64,000 nucleotides of DNA from Marsupella aquatica (GCA_973895155.1 OZ316895.1:7862184-7926183); one strand, 5' to 3'; shown: positions 25,357 through 38,059, numbered from the stretch's first letter. The notes: a model not told the origin generated them from the sequence alone. Made by a program: numbers and translations.

Positions 25357-25824
25357 TTGAGATAATGGTTTTGGTAAAGAACGAGCACTAAGGGGAAGAG
25401 AGTAGGTTGACATTATATTATTTTGGCTTTTTCTCTTAAAAAGGAGATTTAACTCTTTGAAAGTTAGTTAATTTTTAGTTATCTTGAATGGACCCCAATT
25501 TCTATTTTGTACAATGATATCTTTCACTCAACAAAAGTTTTTGTGTAATAATGTATTTTAACAATTATTATTTTTATTCAACGATTATCTTTTGTACCAC
25601 GTACGATTTATTTCTCAACAACATCTTTAACCAAACAACATTTATTATGCAACGCACGGGGATTGAAAGGATATCGAGAGAATGGTCATCTTTGCCAAAC
25701 CCTAAAACACTAAACCTGAAATAGATAATATAACGTTGCTCCAATTTATAGTGGTCGCCATTCAAATGCATGGGCATTTTGGGTAAAAAAACAAAACAAA
25801 GAAAAAGACTCACTCCTTAGTTTC

Positions 25825-26716
25825 CTTGATTTTTTATTTCATAACATCTTTCACACAACGATAGCTTGGGTGAAACAACACCATTTTTCTCTTAACATCT
25901 TTTACTTCACGATATCTTTGGCAAAATGACACATTTTTCTTAATAACATCTTTCACACAATGGCATGTTTGGCAAAACTACTTTTTCTTAAGACATCTTT
26001 TTACTTTGTGACATCTGTCACTTAATAACATCTTGGGCAACATGACATCTTATTTCTCAACAACATCTTTTGTGCAACACACGGGTATTTTCCGTGAACG
26101 ATGTGTTGGCCGACACAACATTTTTTTCTCAACAACATCTTCGCCAACATGACAATTTTTTCTCAACGACATCTTGGCCGACACAACATCTTTTTTCTCA
26201 ACGACTTCTTGGCCGACATGACATTTTTTTGCTCAATGATCTCTTGGCCAACACAACATCTTTTTTTCTCAACGTCTTCTTGGCCGACACGACATCTTTT
26301 TTTCTCAATGACCTCTTGGGCGACAAGACATTTTTTTCTCCACGACCTCTTGGTTGACACTACATATTTTCTTTCAACGACCTCTTGGCCAATACAACAT
26401 CTTTTTTTCTCAACGACATCTTGACCAACACAACTTCTTTTCTCTCAATGACCTATTGGGCGACACGACATCTTTACTCTCAACGACCTCTTGGGCAACA
26501 CGACATCTTTTCTCTCCACAACCTCTTGGGCAACACGACATCTTTTCTCTCCACGACCTCCTAGGCAACACTACATCTTTTCTCTCCACAACCTCTTGGG
26601 CAACACGACATCTTTTCTCTCCATGACCTCCTAGGCAACACTACATCTTTTTTCTCCACTATCTCTTGGCTGACACTACATCATTTTTTCTCAATGACAT
26701 CTCGGCCGACACGACT
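25825..26716. repeat. Minisatellite with a ~33-35 bp unit, consensus near TTTTTTCTCAACGACCTCTTGGCCGACACGACATC, roughly 25 copies
   Basis: Continuous array; the 5' copies (25825-26070) are more degenerate; copy number estimated by eye. Confidence 0.9.
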
Positions 26717-27445
26717 TTTGTGCAACGCACAGGTATTGAGCTAGGATTTAACATAACACTTTCATTGATTTGTTAGGTTTGTCATGGTCGGGGTCATGGT
26801 ATGGACTGATATGGCACCATATAATGCCACATTTTGCTGTGCAATTTTGGGAGGCCATTCATCTTTGCAACTAATTAAATATATCTGCAGATGTATCTGA
26901 CTTTTTTGAAAATCATTCTGCCAAAATAAACATTTGCCTCAATGCCCAGTTATAGACTAGATTGGAGTCTCCATTCAAATTTTTTGCTTTGCTGGGATAG
27001 TAATCTTAAGTTAATACTAAAGAATTGTACATTTTCACCAAGAATACTCCCACAAAACTTTGGGCATCTGAAATTACAAAAACAGAAAATAACTTCTTCT
27101 ACCATGGCAAAATTATAAAATTTGGGGAGTTGTCTGGTGTGCATTATTTCAGTTTCTAGCATTATTTAGAGATGCATCAGCACCTACAAGAACAGTTGGG
27201 GGGAAGGCATTTTGAGAACTAGAGCTCTAACGCACCACAATGTTTTAATGAATCCGTGGACCCCCATGTTCATCCAAGGAATGTGTGTTTGATGAAGTGA
27301 AATCAATTTTCAACAAGGCGGTAATCGCCCAGGTAATCGACGGTTTTGAGTCTCCCGATGGTCTTGGTGTGTGCTCGTACAAAAGAGAAGTAACGCTCAA
27401 AAGATAGAGGAGATTTATCAACGAAAGGTTGAATATGGAGGAATT

Positions 27446-27777
27446 TGTTAAGGATTGCTCTTAGTCTTGTGACTCATAAGTTACAGCACTTAGGCTAACC
27501 ACAGTTAGGATCTTAGCTGAGGTTAGGTTAGTCGTGTGTGACCTTGTATATACCAGGGCTAGTGTAAGCCGCTGGTGTGTGGTGCTTACTCATTGTAACA
27601 GAGCAACAGGAGGAAGAGAGAGAGCATGTGTGTTCGTCTACTCTTGAAGTAAAGCTTGAGTGTTCGTGTGGACGTAGCCTTGGAGAAAAGGTGAACTACG
27701 TAGAGATTATGTCGACTACGTGTGCATGGAATGAATCATGGTTGTATGGTCATTGCGAATGACGTCTTAGTTCAACA
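27446..27777 (+). repeat. 5' LTR of element A
   Basis: TGTTAAGGATTG...AGTTCAACA; differs from the 3' LTR by ~6 transitions and one 8-bp indel (counted by eye). Confidence 0.95.
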
Positions 27778-27779
27778 AT

Positions 27780-27791
27780 TGGTATCAGAGC
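27780..27791 (+). promoter_or_regulatory. Primer binding site (initiator tRNA-Met) of element A
   Basis: TGGTATCAGAGC, 2 nt after the LTR. Confidence 0.95.
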
Positions 27792-28629
27792 AAGCCTGGG
27801 AGGTGACGTTGAGGTGATCAAAATTTTCGTGACGTGTTGGTGATGGTTTTTCCAGCGGTTAGAGTTGGTGGATTTCACGGAGATCTATCGCATGGAACTT
27901 GGAGGTGTTGGGCTCAACGGATAGATCGGGGCAAGGGCTTTCCGACGGTGCAAAGAAATCTCTGAATGGAGTTCGTGGTGCGGAGGAATTCACGTTTCCG
28001 TCGTTCTAGATTTTTTGTGATTTGTGTTCGACGGTTTTCTTCGACGGTTCTTTTGGGGGGGAATTGAGATCGTTTTCCCGATGGTGTGAGTTTTGTGGTG
28101 CGCGAGGCGTCACAACCTTTAGCTCAAATTGTAGATCGGGCAAAGCTGATCATTTCGGTAGCTGGTTTGCTATCGAGGGTGTAGTGAGTGCGATGTACCA
28201 AGCAAAAGAGCCGTTCTGAGTAACTGGCTATGGAGTCTTCTTTTGACTGAAGCGGGGTTTCTTGTCGTTGCGTTCGACTCAAAGGAAGAAACGGGAAGTG
28301 CAACGGCTCAACGGAGAGATCGCGGTGCAGTGGTCGTTTTGAGTCCAAGATTGACACTTGACGCGGAGTGAAGCAATTGTGACGGGAATTTTTTACTCTG
28401 CTAGAGTTGCAAACGGTGCCAGTGCAATTCGGTAACATTTTCAGTCGACAACTAGTCTTTATCTGGTGTAAAGTGATAACGGCAGTGTGAGTAACCCAAC
28501 AAATTTATTTTTTGTGCACATTTTGCCTTAGAATAGGGCCTTTTTGGTGGTGTGTATACACACCCTCCCGACCCTTGCACCCCTGTCAACACCCCGTTGG
28601 CGACCCCCTCCTCCTCCTCGCTAATACTC

Positions 28630-28748
28630 CCGTCGCGGACATCCCGGCCGTCCCAGACGTCACGGCCGGCGCGGACGTCGCAGCCAGCACGGACGTCCCG
28701 GCCAGAGCAGACGTCGCAGCCGGCACGGACGTCCCGGCCGTCGCAGCT
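28630..28748. repeat. GC-rich 18-bp tandem repeat (~6.5 copies) in the leader of element A
   Basis: Units such as CGGCGCGGACGTCGCAGC and CAGCACGGACGTCCCGGC. Confidence 0.85.
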
Positions 28749-29467
28749 CCATCCCTGCCCATTTTGACTCAGTTTTTTACTCCCCGGCCCCTGTGCACTG
28801 CCTGGCCCGTCACGCGTCGCCTATACGCGGATGCACCTTTTTTAAGACAGTGTTTTTGTGTTAAGGGGCTTAAACCCCCTTAGGCCCGGTTTTTTAATCC
28901 TTTCCAGGCTCCTCATTCGTTAAACGGCATCCCGGGCCCGGTGACCCACCAAATTAACCGCTTGGACAGGGGGAACGGCCCCCTGTGAGACCTGTTGCAC
29001 AGTCCAAGGAATATTCCAAAAAAAAAACAAAGAGCTGTTTTTCGGCCTTTAGTCGAAGATTCCAAGGTCCGAACAATAACTTTTTTTGGATCTTTTTTGG
29101 CGAGAACGTAGCCATTGAAGCTAGCAACGCGGTCCACCACTCGATTTGAATTTCCGACGACGGGTGGTACTTGGAATTTTTCTTATTCCCCAAGGTGGTC
29201 AAAACGGGGAAGAATTTTTGAGTTTTACCCATCCCGACCGAAACGTGAAAAAGTTTTTCGTCGGAACTCGATTTCAATTTTGGATTTCAGCGTTGGCTTG
29301 CTAGGTTGGTGGGCTAAGTGGCGGTGACAAGTTTCAAGTTTTTTTCGAAAGTTGCAAAAAATGACATTTTTTCGTGATTTGGATTTGAGTCAACGAGAAG
29401 GAAGGAAGGAAAAAGCATATAGGGAGCAGCACAGCAATAGCACGTGGAGAACGTTGGGAGGACAACG

Positions 29468-32400
29468 ATGGCATCCAAGTTTGGAGGTGTCAAGTTTGAG
29501 GTGGAAAAATATGATGGGCGCACAGATTATTTGCTATGGGAGAAGCAGGTTAAGGGAATTCTTCGTGCTATGGGCCTAGATCATCTGCTATCGACTCGGG
29601 AGGAGTCTAGCAGTGAGGAGGAGATCCCGTTGAGGAAATGGAGGCAAGAGCAAGTGATTGTTGTGAATGCGGTTATGCTGTATCTAAAGCTGCATATCAT
29701 TAAGAAGCTGGACGACTACGAGGATTGCGTATCCTTATTCAAGGCCCTCAGAGAGAAGTACTACCGAGAGGATATCTCAAATCGGTTGTACAAGAAGTCT
29801 CTCTTGATGAGCTTGAGGCTAAAAGAAGGAGGCAAGCTTTGAGATCACTTGGATGAATTCGACAGCCTAGCTGTAGATTTGTCAAATCTTGGCAAGGGAG
29901 TGGAAGATGAAGATAAGGCATTGCTTCTTCTCAGTTCCTTACCCCCATCGTATCAAGGTTTGAAGCAGGTTCTCTTGTATAGAGATCTCAAAACCATTTC
30001 ATATGATGAGGTGGTAAGCTCTTTGTTGTCAGATGATGCACTGAAGAAACTGGGTCATGCCCAGACACCATCTTCATCTGGCAGTGCATTGAATGTGAAC
30101 CACGGGAGGACTCAACAGCGGATGACTGGTGAAAACAGGTCCTTTTCACAAATGTACCCCTCACGGAATAGAGGCAAGGAGAAGGCTCGGTCTAAGTCTA
30201 GATCCAGGTCTAGAGAGAAATCTCTAGAAAGGAAACCAATTATATGCTGGAAATGTAACAAGCCTGGCCACATGAAACGAGACTGTCGAGTCAAGCAAAC
30301 TCATCAACCATCCGCGAACGCAGCCACTGATGTTGATATGATTGACTTGCTTGATGATGAAATCTTGTGAAGTTCAGATGTTGCCCTTTGCATTTTATCC
30401 AGTAACAACGGTGATGAATGGATTTTAGATTGTGCCTGTACCTATCATATTTGTTGTATGAAAGAGTTTTTTACTTCTTACTCAGTATCAACCGGTTCCG
30501 TGTTGATGGAGAATGATCATCCTTGTCAAATTGTTGGAATTGGATCCGTGAAAATTCGGATGTTTGATGGAGCTGTGCGAACAGTGAGTAATGTCAGACA
30601 CATACCTGACATGAAAAAGAACTTGATTTCTCTTGGAATGCTGGAATCAAATGGATGTCGGTGGAGTTCTACTGATGGTATTCTTCAAGTGTCAACCGGA
30701 GGTAAGGTTGTCATGAAGGGTAAGCGGCACAGGAATCTATATTTGTTGGAGGGCAACGTGATTTGTGAAGAAGCCAATGTAACTAGATCTCAAGGCGAGA
30801 TGACTCAGTTATGGCACTGCAGATTGGGACACATGAGTGAAAAGGGTTTGGCGGTACTTCGCAGGAAAGGACTTCTTTCTAATTTGGAATCTACTAAGCT
30901 AGATTTTTGTGAACACTGTGTGCTTGGGAAGCAGCACAGGAGAACCTTTGGTGTTGGAACTCACAATACCAAAGCTATACTTGAGTATGTACATAGTGAT
31001 GTGTGGGGTCCAGCCCCAACTCCTTCACTTTCTGGAAAATTGTACTATGTCACGTTCATTGATAATTACTCACGGTATGTGTAGATCACATTTCTACACG
31101 CCAAGTCTGAAGTTTTTGGCACTTTTAAGAAGTGGAAAACCCAAATTGAGAATCAGACTGGATCCTCGGGGGTCTCACTACATGGGGACCTCCCCATCAC
31201 CTGCGACGTTTTTAGGCCTTGGACCCCCTAAAATGTAAGAAAAAAATATTATTTTTAACCCCTATAAAGTTGGAATATTCTTGGAATATTCCAAAAATTG
31301 GATTAAAAAGGCCCTAATGTTCTTATAAGTCTCAAAATTGAATTTAAAAGACCCTATTGTTCTTCTACAAAAATTCTTAAGTCTTCCCTTACAACCAATA
31401 AAATGACCCTATCCTTCGTCGCACGTGATATGCCATTTTTGTGGAAGTGAAACCCCCAAGACTGGATCCAAGGTGAGATATCTGCGATCAGATAACGGCG
31501 GGGAGTACAGTTCAAGTGAGTTTGAACTATATTGTGCAGAGCAAGGGATTATTCGTCATCTCATGATAGTTTATACTTCTCAACAGAATGGTGTTTGTGA
31601 GCGGCTAAACCGAACACTATTGGAGCGATCGAGGAGTATGTTGAGCCAATCAGGTTTACCGCATGAATTTTGGGCTGAAGCTATAAATACGACAGCTTAT
31701 TTGGTAAATCTTTCTCCTTCAAGTGCAATCAATTTCAAGACGCCGTTTGAAATGAGGTATGGACGGCACGCAGACTATAAGGTTTTGAGAGTCTTTGGAA
31801 GTGATGCATATGCTCTCATACCTAAGCAGAATCGATCTAAACTAGATTCTACTTCCAAGAAGTGTCTTTTTCTTGGTTATCAACCAGGTGTGAAAGGTTA
31901 CAGGCTATGGGATCCAGAAGCTTGTACGTTGCTTGTCAGTAGAGTGTATCCTTTAATGAATCCAAATCATCAAAGGAGGGGGAGAATGCTCAGGCTTCCC
32001 GTACTGACAAAGGTAAATCTCCTATCCTGGACCATGTTATGGGGGAGATTGGTCATGAGAGTTTTCATGACATAAATGAAGGAGGTGCTCCAAGAATGGA
32101 GCTGGTTCCGGTATTGGAATAAGAGGAGCAAGTTATTGTTGGAATACCTCAAATTCAACCAATAGAACAAGATCAACCAGAATCATCAGCTAGAAAATCA
32201 AAACGTACTACTCGAGCTCCTACAAGGTATGGACAATGGATAGATTTATCAAGGTTAGATAATGTTGACATTGCACCTGAAGATGATGACAGAGCACTGA
32301 TCTTGGAAGAAGGAGAACCTTCTTCTTATCATGAGGCATGCATTTCAGACGAGAAAGATGAATGGAATGCAGCAATGCAGAGGGAGTTGTAATCTTTAAG

Positions 32401-33901
32401 TGACAATAGAACATGGGAGCTGGTGCAACTGCCAAGTGATCAACAAGTGGTGGATAGCAAGTGGATTTACAAGCTGAAGGACAACTCTTCAGATGGAGGA
32501 GACAAGATATACAAGGCAAGGCTTGTTGCCAAGGGATTCACTCAAGAGAAGGGAGTGGATTACAATGAGGTCTTCTCTCTAGTTGCCAAGTATTCCACGA
32601 TACGAATTTTGTGTCAACTTGTTGTATTTTTTGATCTGGTGTTAGATCAAATGGATGTTATTACTGCTTTTTTCCATGACACCTTGGAGGAACAAATTTT
32701 CATGAGGCAACCACTGGGCTTTGTGAAGAAGGGCCAAGAGAGTTTAGTTTGCAGGTTACTTAAGTCCTTGTATGGATTGAAGCAAGCTCCTCGGTAGTGG
32801 AACAAGCGGTTTGATGATTTTATGCTTGCACAAGGATTCACTAGGATGGTGTATGACCCTTGTGTGTATACAAAATCAGTCAAGAATGGTGTGTTTGGTT
32901 TGCTCATTCTGGTGCTCTATGTGGATGACATGTTGATTGCGGCTAAGGATCAAACTGAGGTTGACAAACTCAAAGCAAAATTGAGTTCTGAATTCCGAAT
33001 GAAGGATCTTGGGAAAGCCAAGAGGATCTTAGGTATGGAGATTACAAGGAACTTTGAAACTGGACAGTTGTGGCTGAATCAAGGCAAGTATGTTGAAAAG
33101 GTACTTACAAGATTCAACATGAAAAATTGTAAGCCAATAAGTATTCCTTTGGCTCCACATTTCAAGTTATCATCGGCTTTCTGCCCCACTGATCCAGTGC
33201 AGAGAGGCTTGATGACTAAGGTTCCATATGAGAAGGCAGTGGGCAGTCTAATGTATTTGATGACATGTACCAGGCCTGATCTAGCCCTAGCAATGGGCAA
33301 AGTGAGTAGATTCATGTCAAATCCAGGGAAGGTACATTGGGAGGCTGTGAAATGGATTCTCAGGTATCTTAAGGGCACAATAGACTATGGTCTGTTGTTT
33401 GATAGTAGATCAAACAAAACCAAATCTTTGGTTGGCTATGTAGATTCTGACTACGGAGGCTGTCTGGAAACAAGGAGGTCAACGACTGGGTATGTGTTTA
33501 CTCTTGGAGGAGGATGCATAAGTTGGAGATCTACCTTGCAGAAGTGTGTATCTCAGTCTACTACAGAAGCAAAATATGTTGCAGCAGCAGAAGCAGCAAA
33601 GGAAGCAATTTGGTTGGATAAGCTGGTCACTGAGATGGGATTGGAGCATGGAAAAATGGCTCTTCATTGTGACAGTCAGAGTGCGCTTCACCTAGCTATT
33701 AACCAGGTGATGGATAGCAGGGTGAAGCACATTGACATCAGGTACCATTTTATTAGGCAAGCAGTGTCTGATAAAATGTTTGAGCTAGTCAAGATTGATG
33801 GAAAACTCAACCCGGTTGATGCTTTTACCAAAGTGATTCCTTTGGAGAGTTACTCAAGACACTGTGCTACTTTGCAGGTTTTGCATTTGCAGCACAAGTA
33901 G
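29468..33901 (+). pseudogene. gag (29468-30370) and pol (30371-33901) of element A, disrupted
   Basis: Motifs KFEVEKYDG, zinc knuckle CWKCNKPGHMKRDC, protease WILDCAC, integrase [46 protein letters not shown] and RNase H DSD/TTEAKY/KHIDIRYHF. Several premature stops, a frameshift near 31945 and a MITE insertion. Confidence 0.93.
31165..31460. mobile_element. MITE copy 1 (296 bp) inserted in the integrase of element A
   Basis: TIRs CTCGGGGGTCTCACT / AGTGAAACCCCCAAG (13/15); 8-bp TSD ACTGGATC (31157-31164, 31461-31468); removing it restores ENQTGSKVRYLRSDNGGEY. Confidence 0.93.
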
Positions 33902-34105
33902 AGTAACTTAACAAGATGTGATTTCTGTATAAGAGCTACTCAATCCTGTTATGGCTATGACTTAATTCTAGTTAATTCTTAGTTAACCTTAAATGGTTTT
34001 TAGGGGGACACCTATGGTTTTAGATGATTGTCTAGAATTTCCCGCTGAGTATCTCATATGGATAGCAGAAATTGCAGTCCCCAAGACTAGAGTCAAGGAA
34101 GAGTT

Positions 34106-34429
34106 TGTTAAGGATTGTTCTTAGTCTTGTGACTCATAGGTTACGGCACTTAGGCTAACCACAGTTAGGATCTTAGCTGAGGTTAGGTTAGTCGTGTGTG
34201 ACCTTGTATATACCAGGGCTAGTGTAAGCCGCTGGTGTGTGGTGCTTACTCATTGTAACAGAGCAACAGGAGGAAGAGAGAGAGCATGTGTGTTCGTCTA
34301 CTCTTGAAGTAAAGCTTGAGTGTTCGTGTGGACGTAGCCTTGGAGAACCACGTAGAGATTGTGTCGACTACGTGTGCATGGAATGAATCATGGTTGTATG
34401 GTCGTTGCGAATGACGTCTTAGTTCAACA
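34106..34429 (+). repeat. 3' LTR of element A
   Basis: Matches the 5' LTR and is followed by TSD GAATT (34430-34434). Confidence 0.95.
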
Positions 34430-34879
34430 GAATTGAGTTTTTTTACGGTTTTTGCTTACACATTAGAGAAATTGTGTTTCTATCATTCATGATTGATTGT
34501 TTGTGAGTTACATTGAGCATTACCGCCACAAGACACACCGGAGGACAACACTTAGCTATTGGCAAAAGAGCGCTTGTTGATTCGGTGGGAAGAACACACA
34601 AAACAAACAAGTCATCGCTTCACATGAAGGATTTGCAGTTTTTTTATTTAAGAAAGCTATGGTGTGAGAGGGAGACCAATGATTGTTTCTTTGACATAGA
34701 GGCTGCATTTGGCGTCAACCTGTGTTCAGAGTGAGCTTCAGCTGAAGACTAGAGGAATGCAAACAATTCAAGCCGGGAAGCACGCATTGTGGACAAGGGA
34801 TGGCGACGTAATCAAAGAAATCAAGTTTCAACCTCTAAGTTTGTGATGGTGATGAGATTGTGATATCTCTTAATCGAGA

Positions 34880-35390
34880 AAGGGTTTCCAATGAGCCTCA
34901 GATTGACAAATTTTGTCAAGTTCCAAATGAGTTTTTGAATTTTTTTGCCTTTCCAATGAGTGAGTATAAGAAATATTGATCATGAGTCCATGAGTTCGTT
35001 TAGCTTTCCAGCATGATCGAGTCCGACATTGACAAATTGTACGTCAGATTTTGTCACGTTACTAAAGAGATCATGAAGTTTTCAATTTCTCTAGCTTTCT
35101 AATGTGTGACATTGAGATTATTCGTCAAGAATTACAGAGATCATGAGTACATCTGAATTTCTCTAGCTTTCCAATGAACCTCACATTGATAGATTTTGTC
35201 AAGTACTAAGGAGATGATCAGTTTTTAATTTTACTTTAGTTTTCCAATGAGTGTGACATTGAGAGATTTTATCAAGACAATACTAAAGAGGTCACGAGTT
35301 TCTAAATCTTGATCTTGAGTTTTCCAATGAATCAAACATTGATAGATTTTATCAAGTACTAAGGAGATTGATTATTTAGTTTTACAATGT
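34880..35390. repeat. Degenerate tandem array with a ~70-80 bp unit, about 7 copies
   Basis: Recurring TTTCCAATGA...ACATTGA(C/T/G)AGATTTT(G/A)TCAAG...CTAA(G/A)GAGA. Confidence 0.75.
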
Positions 35391-35923
35391 GAAGCCAAAG
35401 GGGTTTTAATTAGCTATGTACATTTCTATTGGTTGGTTTTTTCAAGCTTGCAAACAATTAAAAAATATAAGCATTTTGATATAAAACACTGATATATCTT
35501 TGACAAATATCAAAATGGTAACTTTATTTTACTAAATGACATATCTCCCTTTGTATTTTGGTTTTTTTTACGTTCAATATTTACGGCATGCCCCAAAAAT
35601 TACGTTGCTTTTGCCACAAACAGGAATGTGCACGTTTGTTATTGTTAAAAGTATGATCATTCCTGTTTGTGGCTTGTTGTGATGATGTGGTGCAACCTCG
35701 TGGCAGGGAATTTGCAAGAGACCTCTCATGGGGGTCCGTAACAAGAAGATGTTAGATATTGCTCTAGTCTTGTGACTCATGAGCTAACTACAGTTAGGCT
35801 AACTCGGGTTAAGACTCAGCTAATGTTAGCGGTAGTGCTGTTGTGCATATAGCTAGGGCTGATGCCAGACCCTGGTGGAACTTAGGCTCATTGTTACGGA
35901 GCTAGTTGAGAGATAGGGAGAGC

Positions 35924-36252
35924 CTCGGGGGGGTCACTATATGGAGGGCCATACATCGCGTGCAACGTTTTAGGGTTTGACCCCCCTAACTTATAAGTGA
36001 AAAATATTTTTTTTGCAAAGCCCTTTCTTTCTTTAAATTTTGTCATTTTTTATTAAAAAACCCCTAAAAACTTTAAAGAAAGTATTTTTTGCAATTAAAT
36101 AAGCCTATGTGTTTTTTAAAGTCAACCAATCAATAAAACATACCCTATGTGTTCTTCCACCAAACTTTGGAAGTTTTCCGCCACACCCATTTAAATGGGC
36201 CTATACTTCGTCGCACGTGATGTGCCACTTCCGTGGAAGTGACCCCCCCGAG
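35924..36252. mobile_element. MITE copy 2 (329 bp) inserted in the 5' LTR of element B
   Basis: Perfect 15-bp TIRs CTCGGGGGGGTCACT / AGTGACCCCCCCGAG; 8-bp TSD GGGAGAGC/GGAAGAGC; the empty site AGATAGGAAGAGCTTG is visible in the 3' LTR. Confidence 0.95.
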
Positions 36253-37274
36253 GGAAGAGCTTGTGTTGTGGATGCTTGGTATGGCCGGTCGACCTAGAGT
36301 GCAGTAAAGCTCTTGTGTGTTCCCGTGGACGTAGCCTCATGTGGAGGTGAACCACATATCTCTCTGTGTCGACTATTGTGCGTTGGATGTTTCATGGGCT
36401 TGTCGTGACGAATGTCGTCTATGCTCAACAAGTGGTATCAGAGCATGTCTGGGAGGTGACGAGGTTTTTTTGTGACGGGTTTTTCCAACGTTCATAGTCG
36501 ATGGTACATTCGGAGTTTAGTTGCATGAAACTAGAATGTGTGTGGCTGAGCGGATAAGTTAGTGAGAGGGCTTTCTAACGGTGGTTAGAACTCACTGATC
36601 GGTATCCGTGGTGCGAAGGAATCAAAGTTTGCGTTGTTTAGGTTTTATTCGTGTTCGACGGGTTTTCGGGGGAGAGACCAGAGTTTGTGTTTTTCAACGG
36701 TGTGAGCTGTGTGGTGTGGGAGGGATCGCACATTATAGCTCAAGTTGAAGGTTGAAGCGAGCTGGTCATTTTGGTAGCTGGATTGCTACCGAGTTGTTAC
36801 CGAGTGCGACGTGACGAGTGACGGAGGCATTCAGGTTTTTTCACAAGCTATGAAGCTTGTTCACATCTGAACCAGGTTTCTCTTTGCGACGTACGACTCA
36901 GTGGAAGAATTGCAAAGTGCTACGGCTCAACGGTTTGATCGCGGCGAGGCGGTTGTTTTGAGCCCGGGATTGGTACTTGACGCGGAGTGAGTGTGACGCG
37001 GCGGAAGTTTTTTCTCTGCTGGAGCTGTAGACTATGCCGGTGCAATTCGGCAACATTTCCCGTCGGCGGTCATCTCTTTCCTCGTGCTAAGTAGCAGCCA
37101 TTAAGAATTGGCATCGGTGGAGCTTCAGGATCGCAACGGTCAGACAGAGAGTCTGAGGAGGAGCTGCTACCGTTTGAGGAGGAACTAGTAACACCGGTAT
37201 GATCACCGGTGCGACGTGCAGTGGAGGAAGCTGTCTTACTACCAGAATTGTCGGTAGTTGGGAAGAAGAGGGAG

Positions 37275-38059
37275 ATGGCTAGATTTGGAGGAGTGAAGTT
37301 TGAGGTGGAGAAGTACGATGGTCGTACTGATTACTTGCTGTGGGAGAAACAAGTGAAGGGTGTTCTACGGGCCATGGGCCTAGCTCATCTACTTCCTTGC
37401 TAGAGCAGTATGATGGAGAGGAGGAGATTTTTGTGAAGCAGTGGAGACAGGAGCAGGTGATTGCTGTCAATGTAGTGATGCTATATCTCAAGCCGCACAT
37501 CATCAAGCAGTTGGATGATTATGTGGATTGCGCGTCACTATTCAAGGCTCTAAGAGAGAAGTACTACCAGGAAGATGCATCAGACCGGCTGTACAAGAAG
37601 TCTCTCTTGATGAGCCTCAGGCTCAAGGAAGGGAGCAAGATGCAGGATCACCTGGATGAATTTGACAGTCTAGCGGTGGATCTGTCAAACCTAGGAAAAG
37701 GAGTTGAAGATGAGGATAAGGCCTTGCTTCTGCTAAGCTCCTTACCGCCGTCATATCAGGGCTTGAAATAGGTGCTCTTGTACAGAGATTTGAAGTCCAT
37801 TTCGTATAATGAGGTGGTGAGTTCCTTGCTGTGTGATGATGCTCAGAAGAAGTTGGGTCAATCACAGACAGCATCTTCTTCTGGCACTGCGCTCAATGTG
37901 AATAGGGGAAGAGCAGCGCAGCGCACGAATGGGTAGAATAGGTTTAGATCTACATCACGGGGGAGATCTAAATCCAGAGGGAAATTGCAAGAGAGGAAGC
38001 CTCTTGCATGTTGGAATTGTGGCAAGCTAGGCCACATGAAAAGGGATTGTCGAGTAAAG
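37275..38059 (+). pseudogene. gag of element B, 5' part, interrupted by element C
   Basis: MARFGGVKFEVEKYDGRTDYLLWEKQVKG, DEDKALLLLSSLPPSY and zinc knuckle CWNCGKLGHMKRDC; frameshift near 37395 and TAG stops. Confidence 0.9.

Larger units (their letters stand above)
24663..26744 (+). mobile_element. Probable non-autonomous Helitron
   Basis: 5' end A|TCTATTATTATAATAACAAAT, a typical plant Helitron start. 3' hairpin TGTGC-AAC-GCACA (26719-26731) is followed 9 nt later by CTAG (26741-26744). AT-rich interior, no TSD. The base after CTAG is G rather than the canonical T. Confidence 0.65.
27446..34429 (+). mobile_element. Ty1/copia LTR retrotransposon A (Tnt1/Tork-like), full-length, defective
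   Basis: TG...CA LTRs at 27446-27777 and 34106-34429; 5-bp TSD GAATT; PBS TGGTATCAGAGC; purine tract before the 3' LTR; domain order gag-PR-IN-RT-RH. Confidence 0.97.

Noticed and set aside
26070-26626. Repetitive ORFs in the minisatellite, and ORFs 28512-28883 in the leader of A
   Set aside because: By-products of stop-poor repeats, with no domain evidence.
25825-26716. CRISPR-like periodic array
   Set aside because: Units are contiguous with no unique spacers, there are no cas genes and the context is eukaryotic; it is a minisatellite.
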